A stretch of DNA of 64,000 nucleotides, taken from Podarcis pityusensis. Lineage: Eukaryota. Positions within the stretch are counted from its first letter, which is position 1. Each line of letters opens with the position of its first letter. A program made the position numbers and the translations under genes. The DNA is taken from assembly GCA_964106645.2 (NCBI GenBank), contig OZ067041.1; one strand, 5' to 3'. The notes beneath the pieces were generated by a model that was not told the origin of the DNA, ran no database searches, and was given only the letters and a program-made list of their open reading frames with translations. Shown here piece after piece: positions 1 through 12,712 of the stretch.

Positions 1-44
1 CTTTTGTCATTGAAAAATGCAATTTTGCATTGTCTTGAGCATTA

Positions 45-260
45 GAACTTAAGAAGACCATAGAAGAGTCCTGCAGGATCAAACTAAAGGCCAGTAGTGA
101 TTAAGTAGGGCCACTTAACTGACCTCCTGGTGTTGCTGCGGCTGCATCCCACTGACCACTACTTCCAAAGGCCTGTCTGTTCCAGCATTCAGTGGCCAAC
201 CTATACGAAACTCACAAGCACAACATGAGAGCAACAGCCCTTTCCTGTTGTGCCCCAGTG
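45..260 (-). mobile_element. Ancient LF-SINE-like SINE fragment
   Basis: catagaagagtcctgcaggatcaaactaaagg...ccagcattcagtggccaacc resembles the reptile LF-SINE-type 3' region; degraded. Confidence 0.45.
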
Positions 261-3200
261 AGTGCTATTAAGAGGCAATGCTTATTTATAATCTTATGTT
301 TATATATCCCCAGTTTTCTTCCATCATGAAATCCTCAGCAACTCGTTTGGTCACTTTTTGCAGCAGACCACCTCCCCAAGGCTCTTCTAAAGTCATGGCT
401 GTGGCAAAAAGACTTTTTTCAAATACTGTATACCCTTTGCTGGTATCAATCAGAATTATACAGCTGTATTAGGTGGCAATGTATTATGAGTTGCAATTTA
501 AAGCATTAACTAGTGTTAAAGCAATTTAAAGCATTAACTAGAGTTATTCAGCATATTCCTCACTTAGACAAATTACTGAACTTTAATTGGTTTTGGATTG
601 TCCTCTTCAGAACTACTGATTACCATTACAGAAGTGATTGTTGCCTTCTGAAGTAACAGTTTTGGAATCCATTTTCTAACACTGCCAAAATAATAGTAAT
701 AATACTAATACTAATAATAATAATAATAATTCCTCGATCAATCCATTCTTGCCAAAATCTTTGCCACGTTCTCCCTGCCACATGCACAAAGGCTGAGATT
801 ACTGATTCCGAGCGTTGGAAAAATATCCCAAATTAAGAAATGAACCTGAGATTACAGAAGGCAGATTAAATGGGATTAAGATCTCAACTCCTATCTCTCT
901 TTAAAATTCCTTTGCCAAGGAAGGGGATTCTGTGGGATAAATTACATGGCTTATTATGCTGAAATGTAAATCTTATTAAATACACTTCAGTACTGTGGCA
1001 CAGGGCCTTAGAAATTTAACTGGCAAAGTGGTTAAGTGGGTGGAATGACTAAGATTAGCACAGACCCATTTTCCTCTTAATGAAGTGGAACCATATCCTC
1101 AGAAGGAAATAATCCCCTTCAAGAGAACATTTTCTTTTAATTTGCAAATCTTACTGATTTTATTATATATACAGTTTCAAACTAGAGAGGAGCTTAGAAC
1201 CCAAGAATGTTCTTCCCATCAAATGCCTCCATTCATTACCTTCAGAACTGAATGTCCCACACAATAAGCAGCAAAAAGGAAGAAATAGAATTATAATATA
1301 AAGACAACTTGGGAGGCGGGAGACAGAAGGAAAAAGCAAAAGTGGCTATGTGAAAAGTAAGTAGGAATTATGCATAGGAGGTTACAAAACCCTCACCCAA
1401 ATTTCTATAATTTGCACAAGTCTGCATCACCAGTGCTATAGTGTGATCCTTTTTGCTAACACACCTTGATTTACTAAAGCCTTTCTAGATAAGGCCCTCA
1501 TGACTGGAATATCATTGAGCTTTTGGGTAATGGCAGAAGAAGAGCTACGTCTTTTATCTGTTTTTGTGCTGGGTTATTCTCTAGATATGCTATGTGTGCC
1601 TTTCACATTCTGTTTATCAGTTGCTCTTATCTCCACTAATGTTAACCCATACCCTGCAGCCTTACGGTGAAGAACATGATATGAATCCCAATAAAAATAA
1701 AGTAAAATAATACTAAGAGAAGATTGAATTTTCATGAGATTCATTTTTCATTTTGAAAATCTAAAAAGCAATATTATATTGATATTTTTTTTCCCCATTG
1801 CAAGAAGCCTGTCTTCCATTTTGTATGTTGTGCTTCTGAAGTGAAACTAGATTTCAGATTTGAAATCAATATATTGTCAGTGTCAGGTTTTTTTACCAAC
1901 CTTTCCCATAGCTATTCAGGCTCTTATTTGGCTACTCATGAATATGGTATTTCTTGCTGTGTATCTGATGTTCAGTGCATGACTACTAAGTTTTCCAGGT
2001 AGCTTTTATTGGCTTGTTCCTCCTTGCCCTGACGCAAACATTTCCCTTCCCTCCCTCTAGCCTACTTTTGTCAGTTTAGTTTATTATATTAATATATTGC
2101 TTCAAACATCCAGAGGCGCCCCAAAGCGATTTTACAATATTCAATATTCAAATACAAAATACACACGAAATTCAATAAAATTGGGAATTGGAACAATCAG
2201 AATTAGAACTGTGGGTGTTGGTTGTAAATCTAAATTGAAGTAATTCTTCACTTTCCTTGCGTTATAATATTTTAAAGAATATTTATTTATTTCAATAGTT
2301 TATATACCACTTAATAACTACCCTATTTCTCTAAGTGGTGTACCATAAAGATACAGCTTACAACTTTTAAGTCAGTTAAAATAAGATATAAAAAAAGAAC
2401 TCACTGGAAGGGAAAGTGAGGCAGAGAGAAGAAAACATCATCAACATCAGCAACAACTGATACCCAAGTGCCTAGCAATATTGGGTGCTTTAGAAACAAT
2501 AATTTCTTGTTCCTGCTAGGTAGAAAAAGCAAGCTTGCTATGGTGGCGGCTTCTTGGCCAGGAGCAGAGGGCAATGGAATGCTGAAGGAAGCCCTCCAGA
2601 GCCTCGGTTGGTTATCAAAACCACTGACCACTACAGGCCCAAGGAAGCCTTTCTACATGCGGTGCCTCATTAAGAGGCTAATTTGTGAACCTGCCGAGAG
2701 AGATGTTCCCTATCTGTTTTCTAAGCTAATGTTTCTCCATTATTACTGGGAGGAATGAGTTATTTCCAAATGACAGCAAACCACTGACAGCCTGATAATG
2801 TCTTCTAGGGACCTCAAGGGAGCATTTAGTAGCCGTGTCCCTCAAGCTAAATCACAAGATCTTAATAAAGGTTTGGGCATGTTCCTAAAAGGCGGCAAGT
2901 TTTCCCTGTAGGGAGATCAGATGCTCTTAACATCTCATAATTTTATGCCCTAAATTATTACACCACAGTAACCTCAGGAAGTTACACATTAATTGCAAAA
3001 TTAGCGTTCAAGTTTTGCATGTTAATTAGCAGTAGCAGTCTATTTTCTTTATAGTCGGTATGTTATGGCCTGCCTTATCACAGACTCAGTATGCACTGCT
3101 ATTTTTTCCGGGTATTTCCAAGCTGTACATTTTTGCTATTTACCCGATTGTATGTCCTTTCCCCCACAACTTTTGGGGAAAATAACTAAAAATTCCATAA

Positions 3201-4456
3201 CCATTTGTGGTTTTTTGTTCACATTAAAAAAAAACAACCCAACCTATTAAGCCATATAGACTCCCTAAATATTAAGCTAGCTGTCATTTTTATAATAATC
3301 TTGTTTCCAAGGATTTAAAAATCTCACTTGTTAGCCATAAAACAGATTTCTGCTAACAGCTATAAAATCTAATTTAAACCCTTCTGGCATTAGCTAAATA
3401 GCTGAAGCAAATTTCTATCTAGCTATGCTGAACATCTTGTTACTGCTGTAAATATATAAAATTCCCTTTGAAGTGATAAGGTTCAGTAGGATAAATGGGG
3501 TCTCCGGAGTCCAATCATTGTAACATCTCTGAGGCCTAACAAATGTTGTTTACATATTTCAAGGATTATGTTTCAAGTTTAAATAAACAGATTAAGCCAT
3601 GTTTACATGCATTAATTTACCCTTTTATATTATAAAAATGTAAATTTAATTGAGCTGTATTTTCAGGATGTAACAAATGGTTTTACGTTTTCTTTCCCCT
3701 AGAGGAATGAACTGCATTAAGTCGGATGATCCAGTTAAAATAAAGGGCTTGCCAGATCCCATAATCAGCTCCTGATCACAGGATTCAGAACGATCGCATC
3801 CTGCCAGATTGTCTAGCACATGCCTGTTCCTCCCCAGCCCTGGAAACACAGCCTAGTCCCCCAGGGAGAACAATGGGATTTCTGAATAGTCAATAGGACT
3901 TGATAGGACTCAAATCCCCAGTCATGGCTGGGACATACCAGGTCCTACCATTAAGCACAATGATGCAGCTGCCTCAGGCAGCAGATATTTTGGGGAAGCA
4001 GCAGCAAAATGTTGGGGGATAGTGTTGTTCTCACCACATGGCCTGCCCTATATCCCCGTGAGTCAGACTACTGCTCTCAGTGGAAGACACTGACCCACCC
4101 ATCATCAGATTCAGTTGCCAGTCTGGTCAGATTTTGTACCTGGAATGGGACGAGGTGCCATCTCGACTTTCATCTTGGGCATCAAAATGTCTTGAGTCAG
4201 CCTTGACTCTTAAAAGTAGGAGTAAGCTGCAGTAGCATTTCCTAACTTGGGAGGTGGCTGTCACTGCCATCGCCATAAAGACTGCTTCATTTGTATGTTC
4301 CTGGCAAGTTGTGACTGAGGCTCTGGGTGCATGCTGGCCCCTGGCCAATGCTTGGTGTCCATTTGAGCATGCGAAGGGGTCTGCAGCTAGCCCTCTACAT
4401 TTGGAGCCCAAAGGGTGCGCCATGCTTGATTTTTTGCATCAATCTTGTTCATTAAA

Positions 4457-4856
4457 TAGACCCTCCAGGGCTCCTAACGTGGCCCAGTGTCAGCACCCAA
4501 CAGCCTAGGCAGGTTGCCAGGGCCCCAGCAGCTCAGTAGGCCCCATTGCTGTGCAAAGACCTTTCCTGGATGCATTCCCACTTTGCCTCCCTATTCTAAC
4601 CAGAGAAATGTTTGCATTATGGAGTTATGAAATCCCCGAGCCAAGGAGTAACTATTCAACCTTTAGAAGACATCTGAAGGCAGCCCTGTATAGGGAAGTG
4701 TTTAAAAACATCTTTAATATTTTATTATGCTTTTATTGGAAGCCGCCCAGACTGGCTGGGGCAACCCAGTCAGATGGTTGGGGCATAAATAAAAATATAT
4801 ATAATTATTATGGAATAGGATGTCCCTATTTTCATTGGAGAAATGTTGGGTGTATG
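4457..4856 (+). mobile_element. Composite hAT-like MITE carrying an L2 3' tail (copy 1, left arm altered)
   Basis: Left end (t)agaccctcca; junction gagttatg..gagccaaggag; L2 tail (agaagacatctgaaggcagccctg...gccgcccagactggctgggg); right end gtccctattttcattggagaaatgttgggtgtatg. Same layout as 38220-38612 and 45853-46184. Confidence 0.65.
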
Positions 4857-7800
4857 CATTTGATCCTCCAAATGGTCGTTCAGAATTATGCTTGGAAAAT
4901 ACTTGTAAGTATAAACAGTTTTTCTAGCTAAGGCACTGATGAGCACATAACAATACTATTTTTATGTGAGTAAGTGCTGCTTTCTCTGATCTGAAGCTCC
5001 CAGTCTCCCTTTACTGCATGGTGGCTTCCAAAAAATAATCGTCGTTAGAGGACTAGCTTGATCAAAGCAAAAAATAAATCAGAACTGTAGAGCACTTCTG
5101 TATATTAGAAAGTGCTACAGGAACCACAAATAATAATAGAAGTAGCGACAGTGACTCACACATACCGTCATTGGACCTTAGATTATGTGTTACAAAATAA
5201 TTCAAACTGACTCAACAGTTCAAAGGAACTACACAGGTTAAAGCATAAAGGACCAGGGATTGCAAATCAGGAATCAGCAGCTCATTCTCAGCACCACAAG
5301 AAACTATGGCGGGTTGCTAGAGGATAGCGTCTCTACATTGCTGTTTTTCAGCAGATCCGCCATGAATGGCACAGAGGAATGCCAAAACCAGCTCTGGAAG
5401 CAGTGCCAAGTAACATTTGGAACCAATAGTGTTTCGCCTGTTCTTATAAGGCTGCTGACTTTGGCCTGGATCCTCAATCTCTGCAATGGATTCTCGAGTC
5501 CAGACAAAGCTGATCGGCAGCATACCCCTGCTTCTTTATTCGAGACTAATAGCCCGGTTAAAATAGCTGGTGGAGAATCCTTATTATTTCCTGCTTCCAC
5601 ACTGCAGATGGAAAGCTACAACCGAGAAAGGGAAGTTATAGAAGATCGCAATGTTAGTTCAGTTGTCAGAATCACTGGGAAACTTTGGACAAGCCACAGC
5701 CTCTAACTTCCAGAGCTCTGAAGACCAAGACCAACACTACATGACTACAGTATTCTTCCTGTTTGTGCCATAGCGGAAAGGCCAATGATATAACGCTAAG
5801 AAACAGCAGGCAGGCAGATCTGGGTTGGCTAGCACCCCTGCTGAACCCAACATGTCACTTCAAAGATCTATCTAGGGAACTAACAGAACACAATTTTTAA
5901 GGGATATCCTAAACTCAAGTATTACATCTAGTTCAAAGACAAGAGTTTTGTTGCGGCAGAAATCATTACAATTAACTGTTTTATTGATGGGTGTTTTGTG
6001 TTCCACTCTTTCTGAAGGTGGCAACACAAAAACAGTGTTAATATAAATTAGTATTAAAAGCAATGTAATACAGTGGGGATCTTGAGTAATTAATTACGTG
6101 ACTGCATTATCACAAAGTATATCCTGCCTTCAAGAAGTCAAAAAATAGATCTTCATGCAGTCAAGCCTCCTTTTAGGTGCAAACACAGAAAACAGTAGGG
6201 TTCTGCTTATCCTTTCACAAAGGGTGAAAAGTACTTTTCAGATTCCATGGCTAGGCTGGCGACTTTGTTTGCAATAAACAGGAAGACAGTTGAGTAATTT
6301 CCCCAAATAGCATTTGGAGACAAAAGAAATGGTTGGCAGCCTTCATATATTTCTGAGATATAGCACTAACAGCAACACTGACAACAACAACTAGGACTGA
6401 TGGAAGGCGTGCATGAGCTTTGCCATCCTCGTATGCAAAGAGTAAGGTGGGCTAAAAATAATAGTGCTTGTTTTAATGGTATCTAGAGATGCTTGATAAG
6501 TTCACCCCCTCCCCAAACCCTGCATAAAACACCCTCTTGGACCAATGTGCAGATTGGAACTTAGGTATCCAACAGCTTTTGTACTTCTGCTGCAAAGCAA
6601 TTTTTGGCAGTTTTACCACATCAAACCATGTATTTTAAATATAAACTTTGAGAGGAAATGTATATCTCAATATAAATGGAGACTTCTCCTTCTTCTTTTT
6701 CTAAAGTAGCTTAATGCAGAATCAGAAAGCACTGGAACGATATGTGCAAAAAATGCAAAAGCCAGAAATAGACAGATTAATCTAACCCTAGTAGTAACAG
6801 TAGTAAGCATACAGTATATAAAGAATGAATGATGAAAATATGGTTATATTTAACTGTGGATGTTATTTTAAATCACGGAGATTAAAAAAATAAATCTGTT
6901 ATTAATAGTAGTAACAAGGATGCAATTTAGACATTTTTAATTGTGCTGCTTTACATTACTTTTTATTTTAAAAAGTGTTTCCCTTCCCTTCAACCACTGG
7001 TCCATTTTCTGCACTTACTGACAGCAGCTCTCTAGATGTTCAGCTAGACATCTTTCCTAGGTCTATCTGGAAATGCCAGGAACTGAACGCAGGACCATTT
7101 GTATGAGAAGCACGTGTGCAAAGTTTTCAGGCATAATATATGACTGGTGGGTCCCATTTATTGTGTAGGGTCATGAGCTACCTAGTCTATGTTTCAAAGG
7201 AAAGGTCTAAGCATTGCTCTAACCCACGATAATATAAGAATGCCTTCCGTTTTATTTGTATAACCATACAAAATTTTCTGTAAATTTGTACCAAGCCTTT
7301 CCCCCCGCCACTGCATTCTCAAAATTATATCCATTGTGTCTCAGTGAAAGTCAATTTGGATATTTCTGAATCTCCAGGGAAGTGCCAACTAAAAAAAATA
7401 TGTAACAGAAAGAAAGTTTTTTGTTTTTTAAAAATAATCAAGCCCCCCTCCCCCAATTTAACTCGTTTAAAAAATTGCTGATATTCTGACCTCCTCAGAA
7501 ACTCCCCAAATTCTTTCAAGAGGAAGATGCTGAGTAAAACAATGGGAACAAAAATCCCACCAAACATTTATTGTCAGCATTACCAATCAGGAATGGTGCG
7601 CTTTCTAAGGCCATACAGGGATTAATAAGGTCATGAAAACACTTTACAACCTATGTGAAAACATATATTCAACAGAACTCTTCATGGATCAAAAAAAGCG
7701 TTGCTGTGTTTGCCGATATAGTTCACTTTGCTGAGACTTCGATTTCCCAAATCGGATTGAAGAAATTTCCCCAAGCTGCTTTTAATAATAGCAAGAGACC

Positions 7801-8354
7801 TGGGAAAGTCCTGCTCCCATTCCAATTTTCTATATCGTTCGGAGCGATGTTACCGCACCATGTGTCTGTGTAGGTTTAATCATTCTCTATCTTCTGCTCA
7901 GCTAGCTTTCTCCCCGTAGAAAGGTACAATTAGCTGCTGCACTAATTTATAATAAATAAAACAAAGATCTTGTTAAAAAAAGAAAACCCCTCCAGTTATC
8001 AGTGACTCTCGTTGTGAAGTGCTCGTTGAAATTCTCACTATGGGCCCAGAGAAATACCTGATGCATTGACAAATCCCAAGCATTTGGCTTTGTTATAAAC
8101 AGATTATCATCACATAATACAGGGAAACGGTTGGCTTTAATTGAGGTAGCCAGAGATTTACAAAACCCACCGCAGCTTTTTCCTATTGATGCTGATAAAG
8201 CTCGGAATGAGCTTGCCTGCATTTTCTCTTACATATATCACAACTGACCCAGTTTATGATTTTATCTCATGCCTGCTATACGCATTCCCCTTCATGAGCC
8301 AGGGATAAGAAACGAGACATTGGAGGGCTCCACGTTAAGATAGCGGGTGGTGCA

Positions 8355-8960
8355 AGGCAGAGATGGGGAGCCTTTGGACCTCCAGATGCTGCTGCATTCT
8401 AACTCCAATCAGCTTATCCAACAAGGCCAATGGTCTGGGATAATAGGAGCTGCAGTCTTTGGAGGGCATCAGGTTCTCCATCCTTGGTGTGGCTCTACTT
8501 ACAGCTCCCGACTGGCTCTAGTAGGGCAGGGGTAGTCAACATGGTCCCTTGCAGATGTTGCTGGACTACAATTCCCATCATCCAGGACTATTGGCCCTGC
8601 TGGGGCTGATGGAAGTGGTTGTTCATCAACATCTAGAAGGCACCATATTGGCTTCCCCAGCGCTAGTAGTTTACCTGATTGTCAGTAACATGCACTGGAA
8701 GAACAGAGCCAGTTTTTCATTTCTGGAACAGAGGGTAATAGTCAGCTAGATTTTACTCAGAGTAGGGCTTTTGAAACGAATGGTCCTAACTTCCTCATGT
8801 GTATTAATTTCAATGGGACTACTATGAATAAAACCTACAAACAAGTAGAGGCTTTAAATCAGGGTTTCCCAAACTTGGGTCTTGTTTGGGACTGTTTTGG
8901 GACTACAATTCCCATCATCCTTGACCAGCGGTCCTGCCACCTAGAGTTGATGGGAGTTTA
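8355..8960. mobile_element. Cluster of short hAT/MER5-like hairpin MITEs
   Basis: Three units of the ggactacaattcccatcatcc...gatgggagtt type at about 8355-8485, 8525-8660 and 8860-8960. Related units at about 36981-37115, 40922-41050 and 59519-59650. Confidence 0.6.
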
Positions 8961-9086
8961 TTGAGATTTGGTACTCATTTATTTGCCTTTGACAAAATGT
9001 TCTTGCATTTTTTATTTGGGAGCCAAGGGGGAGGAGGGATATTACTTTGGTTTTTGCAATGATTGTTATTTATTGTCTTGTAATAA

Positions 9087-9087
<1 letters not shown>

Positions 9088-9133
<46 letters not shown>

Positions 9134-9143
9134 CAACAACAAC
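9088..9143. repeat. (AAT)n(AAC)n microsatellite
   Basis: Direct reading. Explains the poly-I and poly-L ORFs. Confidence 0.95.
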
Positions 9144-9322
9144 TTGCAAGAGAAAGACAGCAAAGCACACTTAGCTGAATGCCACCCATTATCTGGAAGT
9201 AGCAAGCAAGCCCCAAGTGTCAGCAAAATTCTGCTGGTTGGTTGGGTTTCCTAACAGGTTGACAGGTGTGGTTCTAAAAAACTTGTCCTTGCTTAGTGGG
9301 CTGCCATCTGTCCTTCCCTATA

Positions 9323-9537
9323 CAGTGGAACCTCGGGTTAAGAACTTAATTCGTTCTGGAGGTCTGTTCTTAACCTGAAACTGTTCTTAACCTGAGGTAC
9401 CACTTTAGCTAATGGGGGCTCCCGCTGCCGCCGCACAATTTCTGTTCTCATCCTGAAGCAAAGTTCTTAACCCGAGGTACTATTTCTGGGTTAGCGGAGT
9501 CTGTAACCTGAAGCGTCTGTAACCCAAGGTACCACTG
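9323..9537 (+). mobile_element. Tigger/pogo-type MITE (family A, copy 1)
   Basis: TIRs CAGTGGAACCTCGGGTTA / TAACCCAAGGTACCACTG with TA on both sides. Confidence 0.9.
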
Positions 9538-9564
9538 TAGCCCACACACCTGATTGCACATATT

Positions 9565-9935
9565 ATTATTAATTAAATTTGTATACAGCCCTTCATCTGA
9601 AGATCACAGTGTGGGTCAAACATAAAAATTCACAAGGAGGACACAAAATACATCATAAAACAGAAACAAACCAATAAGCCCCCTCCCACAAACAAATTTT
9701 AAAGGTCATAGAATGTTTATCAACCAAAGGCCTGGTCATAGAGAAATGTTTTCGCCTGGCGCCTAAAGATATGTAATGAAAACACCAGGCGGGCCTCCCT
9801 GGGGAGAGTGTTCCACAAATGGCGAGTCACCTCAGAAAAGGCCTGTTCTGATGTTGTCACCCTCTGGAGGCACACAAAGAAGGGCCTCAGATGGTAAGTG
9901 CAGGGTCTGGGTCAGTTCCTATGGGGAGATACACT
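9565..9935 (-). mobile_element. L2-clade LINE 3' fragment
   Basis: Reverse-oriented tail (tttgtatacagcccttcatc...) and the reverse of the ORF2-end WNxLP...FRRQAKT region (ggggagagtgttccaca, gttttcgcctggcgcctaaag). Confidence 0.65.
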
Positions 9936-10890
9936 CCCAGAGATAATAACTATTTAAAAGGTAATTTGCTTTATTAAATGTGATAACTCTGTACTTGGAG
10001 CTTGCTGGGCTCATCCGTGTCAGGACCATAATGCCACAGTGCCGAGTTCTTACTCCCTAGGCCCAATGAGAAGCAACCAGCAATTCATTTAGCACCAAAG
10101 TAAGGACTTGGGCAGAAATATTGCCGTGTTGACCTTATCTAGGAGCTGTAAAGAATCCTTTCTGCTGCTTTAAAGGATTGAAGTGTTAACAATAGAAGAC
10201 GATATTGCCCTAGAAAGCATTCTAATAAGAGCAACAGTTTGATCCCTAAAGGAACGAACAATGAAGCCTCTATTCAATCCACTCTGGAAGAAGAAAGAAA
10301 GGATGACATACGGAAATGGACACACTCTGCAACAGGAGAAAAGACTATTTTCACTTGGGAAAAGAGAGAGTTGGGAGAGAAATGAGCATACTAAAAAGCC
10401 ACTGCTCCACATATCTCAGTTTATATTCCTGCAGCAAAAGAAACCACCGATTCAAAATTAGCGTCTTAGCAGTATGATGGCTATTTAAAAACGACGACAA
10501 CAATTTGCTGCTATCCCAGTTGGTGCATGTGTCTTAGACAAACCCCAGGCTTGACTTTGCTGTCACACTTCATGTGGGCATTCTCTGATAGTCTGAACCA
10601 GGGTCAAGATCACAAAAAAAACACAAGAGAGGGGGTCATAATGAGCCTTTGCCTGCATTTAAGCATTTCTGAAGATCAGCAGCGATATGAGCACATGCCA
10701 ATGTGCAACTGAATTGCGAGATCTGCATTGATATGCTCCCATACAACAGCCTTCCAAGTACTGCTTGCAATTGGAAACAGGGCTGACAGCACCAGGACAT
10801 AAATTTGTGTGAAATGGCTTGATTTCTATGCACAGCTATATTGCGTGATAGAATAATCCCATGTAACATGATGGAGAATGTATTGCTTAC

Positions 10891-11080
10891 CTTCCTATTT
10901 ATAGCAACACCATCTTCACAATCCAGCACAGCACAATCCACATCGACAGATGAGATTTTCCGTATCTTCCTCTCATCGTCAGCTGGCACGTAGAGAACAG
11001 CCCTTCGGGGTATGTAGCTACGAGACAGTGTCAGGCGATAACCAAGCTTAGGAGCAGGAAAAGGTAGAAAAGGACTCCTC
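10891..11080 (-). CDS. CLYBL: CLYBL internal coding exon (exon 2 equivalent), citramalyl-CoA lyase / citrate lyase beta-like, mitochondrial
   Basis: Translation (x)RSPFLPFPAPKLGYRLTLSRSYIPRRAVLYVPADDERKIRKISSVDVDCAVLDCEDGVAINRK matches the recalled human CLYBL segment YIPRRAVLYVPGNDEKKIKKIPSLNVDCAVLDCEDGVAANKK. Minus-strand acceptor ttttttttacag|G at 11081/11080 and donor AAG|gtaagc at 10891/10890. Length is 190 nt (1 nt + 63 codons), i.e. phase 2 in and phase 0 out. Confidence 0.96.
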
Positions 11081-11221
11081 CTGTAAAAAAAAGATGAGAG
11101 TTCTATTAATCTCAGGCTGTACTTCTTAAACGCTTTCAAGAAGTTCCACTGCCACTTTAATTACTGAGAAGAACAGCTTACTTTGTTAACATCTGCATGC
11201 CGCCTTAACTCCAAGGGTAAG

Positions 11222-11555
11222 TAAAGGTAAAGGGTCCAGTCGTGACCGACTCTGGGGTTGCGGCGCTCATCTCGCTTTATTGGCCGAGGGACCCGGCGTA
11301 CAGCTTCCGGGTCATGTGGCCAGCAGGACTAAGCCGCTTTTGGCGAACCAGAGCAGTGCACGGAAACGCCGTTTACCTTCCTGCCAGAGCAGTACCTATT
11401 TATCTACTTGCACTGGTGTGCTTTCGAACTGCTAGGTGGGCAGGAGCTGGGACCGAACAACGGGAGCTTACCCTGTTGCGGGGATTTGAACTGCCGACCT
11501 TCTGATCGGCAAGCCCTAGGCTCTATGGTTTAACCCACAGCGCCACCTGTGTCCC
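11222..11555 (-). mobile_element. Sauria SINE (Squam1/POM type), near full length
   Basis: 5' GGGACACAGGTGGCGCTGTGG, B box GGCAGTTCAAATCC, ACCTTT tail. 16-bp TSD TAACTCCAAGGGTAAG at 11206-11221 and 11556-11571. Confidence 0.95.
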
Positions 11556-11954
11556 TAACTCCAAGGGTAAGGATAGCCAAAAGGTAAATCCCAGGTGGTG
11601 TGATGTAGATCAGCAAACATTTCTGACACCCAGTTGATTAACCATGGGAACAAAAAAATACACACACTTTATATCACTTTGTTGAAATCAAGAAAGCGGG
11701 GTTGGAGGTGGGGATGACAATGAATAATTTGTGTGTGTGGAAGGACACTCAGTTCAGTGCTGGTAATCAAAAAAAGTCCTGGATTCAGAATCGTATCACG
11801 CTAAGCATATGTCTCATACAGCACTTCTTCAAACAGCACATAGTTAAGTTATGGAAGTCACCTACAGAGAATGCAGTGATGACCACCAACTTTGATGGCT
11901 AGTGTAAGAAAAAATGGCGTAGCTCTCATGAAGTTGATGTCACTGTGTCACGGA

Positions 11955-12120
11955 AGGCCCATAGCTCAGCGGCAGAGGGCCTGCCTTGCATACACAAGGT
12001 CCCTGGTTCAACTCTTGACACCTCCAGTCAAGGCCAGTGCTGAAGAACTGCTGCTAGCTCAGTGTGGACAACACTGAGCTGGCAGGACCAATGCTCTGAC
12101 TCAGTATAAGGCATTGTTCT
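11955..12120 (+). mobile_element. Old tRNA-derived SINE (LF-SINE-like)
   Basis: A box TAGCTCAGCGG (11962), B box GGTTCAACTC (12005), tail ggaccaatgctctgactcagtataaggca. A reverse copy lies at about 20660-20830. Confidence 0.6.
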
Positions 12121-12254
12121 TTGAGTTCAAGCCTTTGACTAATTGAGACTGCACACACATTTCCTGCAAGTGAGCACCACTGAATTATGATGGAGCTGAC
12201 TTCCAGTAGACATGCATAGGATTGACCTGTAAATGTGACAGCTAACACTGGCCA

Positions 12255-12712
12255 AGGACATGTGATGCCACTGCTGCCCATCTGCCCATTTACAAAGCCC
12301 AGAGCAATATGGGTCCAGGATATCTCAAGGACCGCCTGAACTCTTATCATTCAGCTCAATCACTGAGATCCTCTGCAGGAGCACCTTTGGACGTTGCCTG
12401 AGTTGGTGAGGTTTGTTTGACAACAATGGGGAATGAGCCTTTAATGTCATCAGCCCAGTCCTGTGGAACACCCTGCCAATAGAAATTCAGCAGGCATCTG
12501 CTGAAAACCTTTCTGCCATGTCTCTGCAGGCAATTAAAAATACATCCCCAGCAATGGTCAACTGATGCTTGCTTTTAATTATTTTTACTTTTAACTTGGT
12601 CTTAACTGATTATGATTTTATTGTTTGGTTTTATCTTTATATTGTTGTAAACTGCTAGATTTTTTTTATGACACAGCAGTATATAAACATTTTTGCAAAC
12701 AAACAAATAAAT
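12255..12712 (+). mobile_element. L2-clade LINE 3' fragment (old)
   Basis: Degraded ORF2 end (ggtccaggatatctcaaggaccgcctg, gtggaacaccctgcca) and AT-rich tail ending in aaataaa. Confidence 0.6.

Larger units (their letters stand above)
1..10890 (-). other. CLYBL: CLYBL intron 2 (partial; continues beyond the left edge)
   Basis: Begins with GTAAGC after the exon. No exon-3-like sequence (NEARLRIV...VRVNSV) recognised to the left. Confidence 0.75.

Noticed and set aside
493-541. GCAATTTAAAGCATTAACTAG repeated with a 28-bp period, as a CRISPR-like or functional repeat
   Set aside because: Only two units; a simple local tandem duplication in eukaryotic intron.
8968-9226. Poly-Ile/poly-Leu/poly-Asn ORFs (also 53125-53672)
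   Set aside because: Artefacts of (AAT)n microsatellites and LINE tails.
10636-11139. 167-aa ORF as a complete gene
   Set aside because: Only 10891-11080 matches CLYBL and has splice signals; the rest is intronic read-through.
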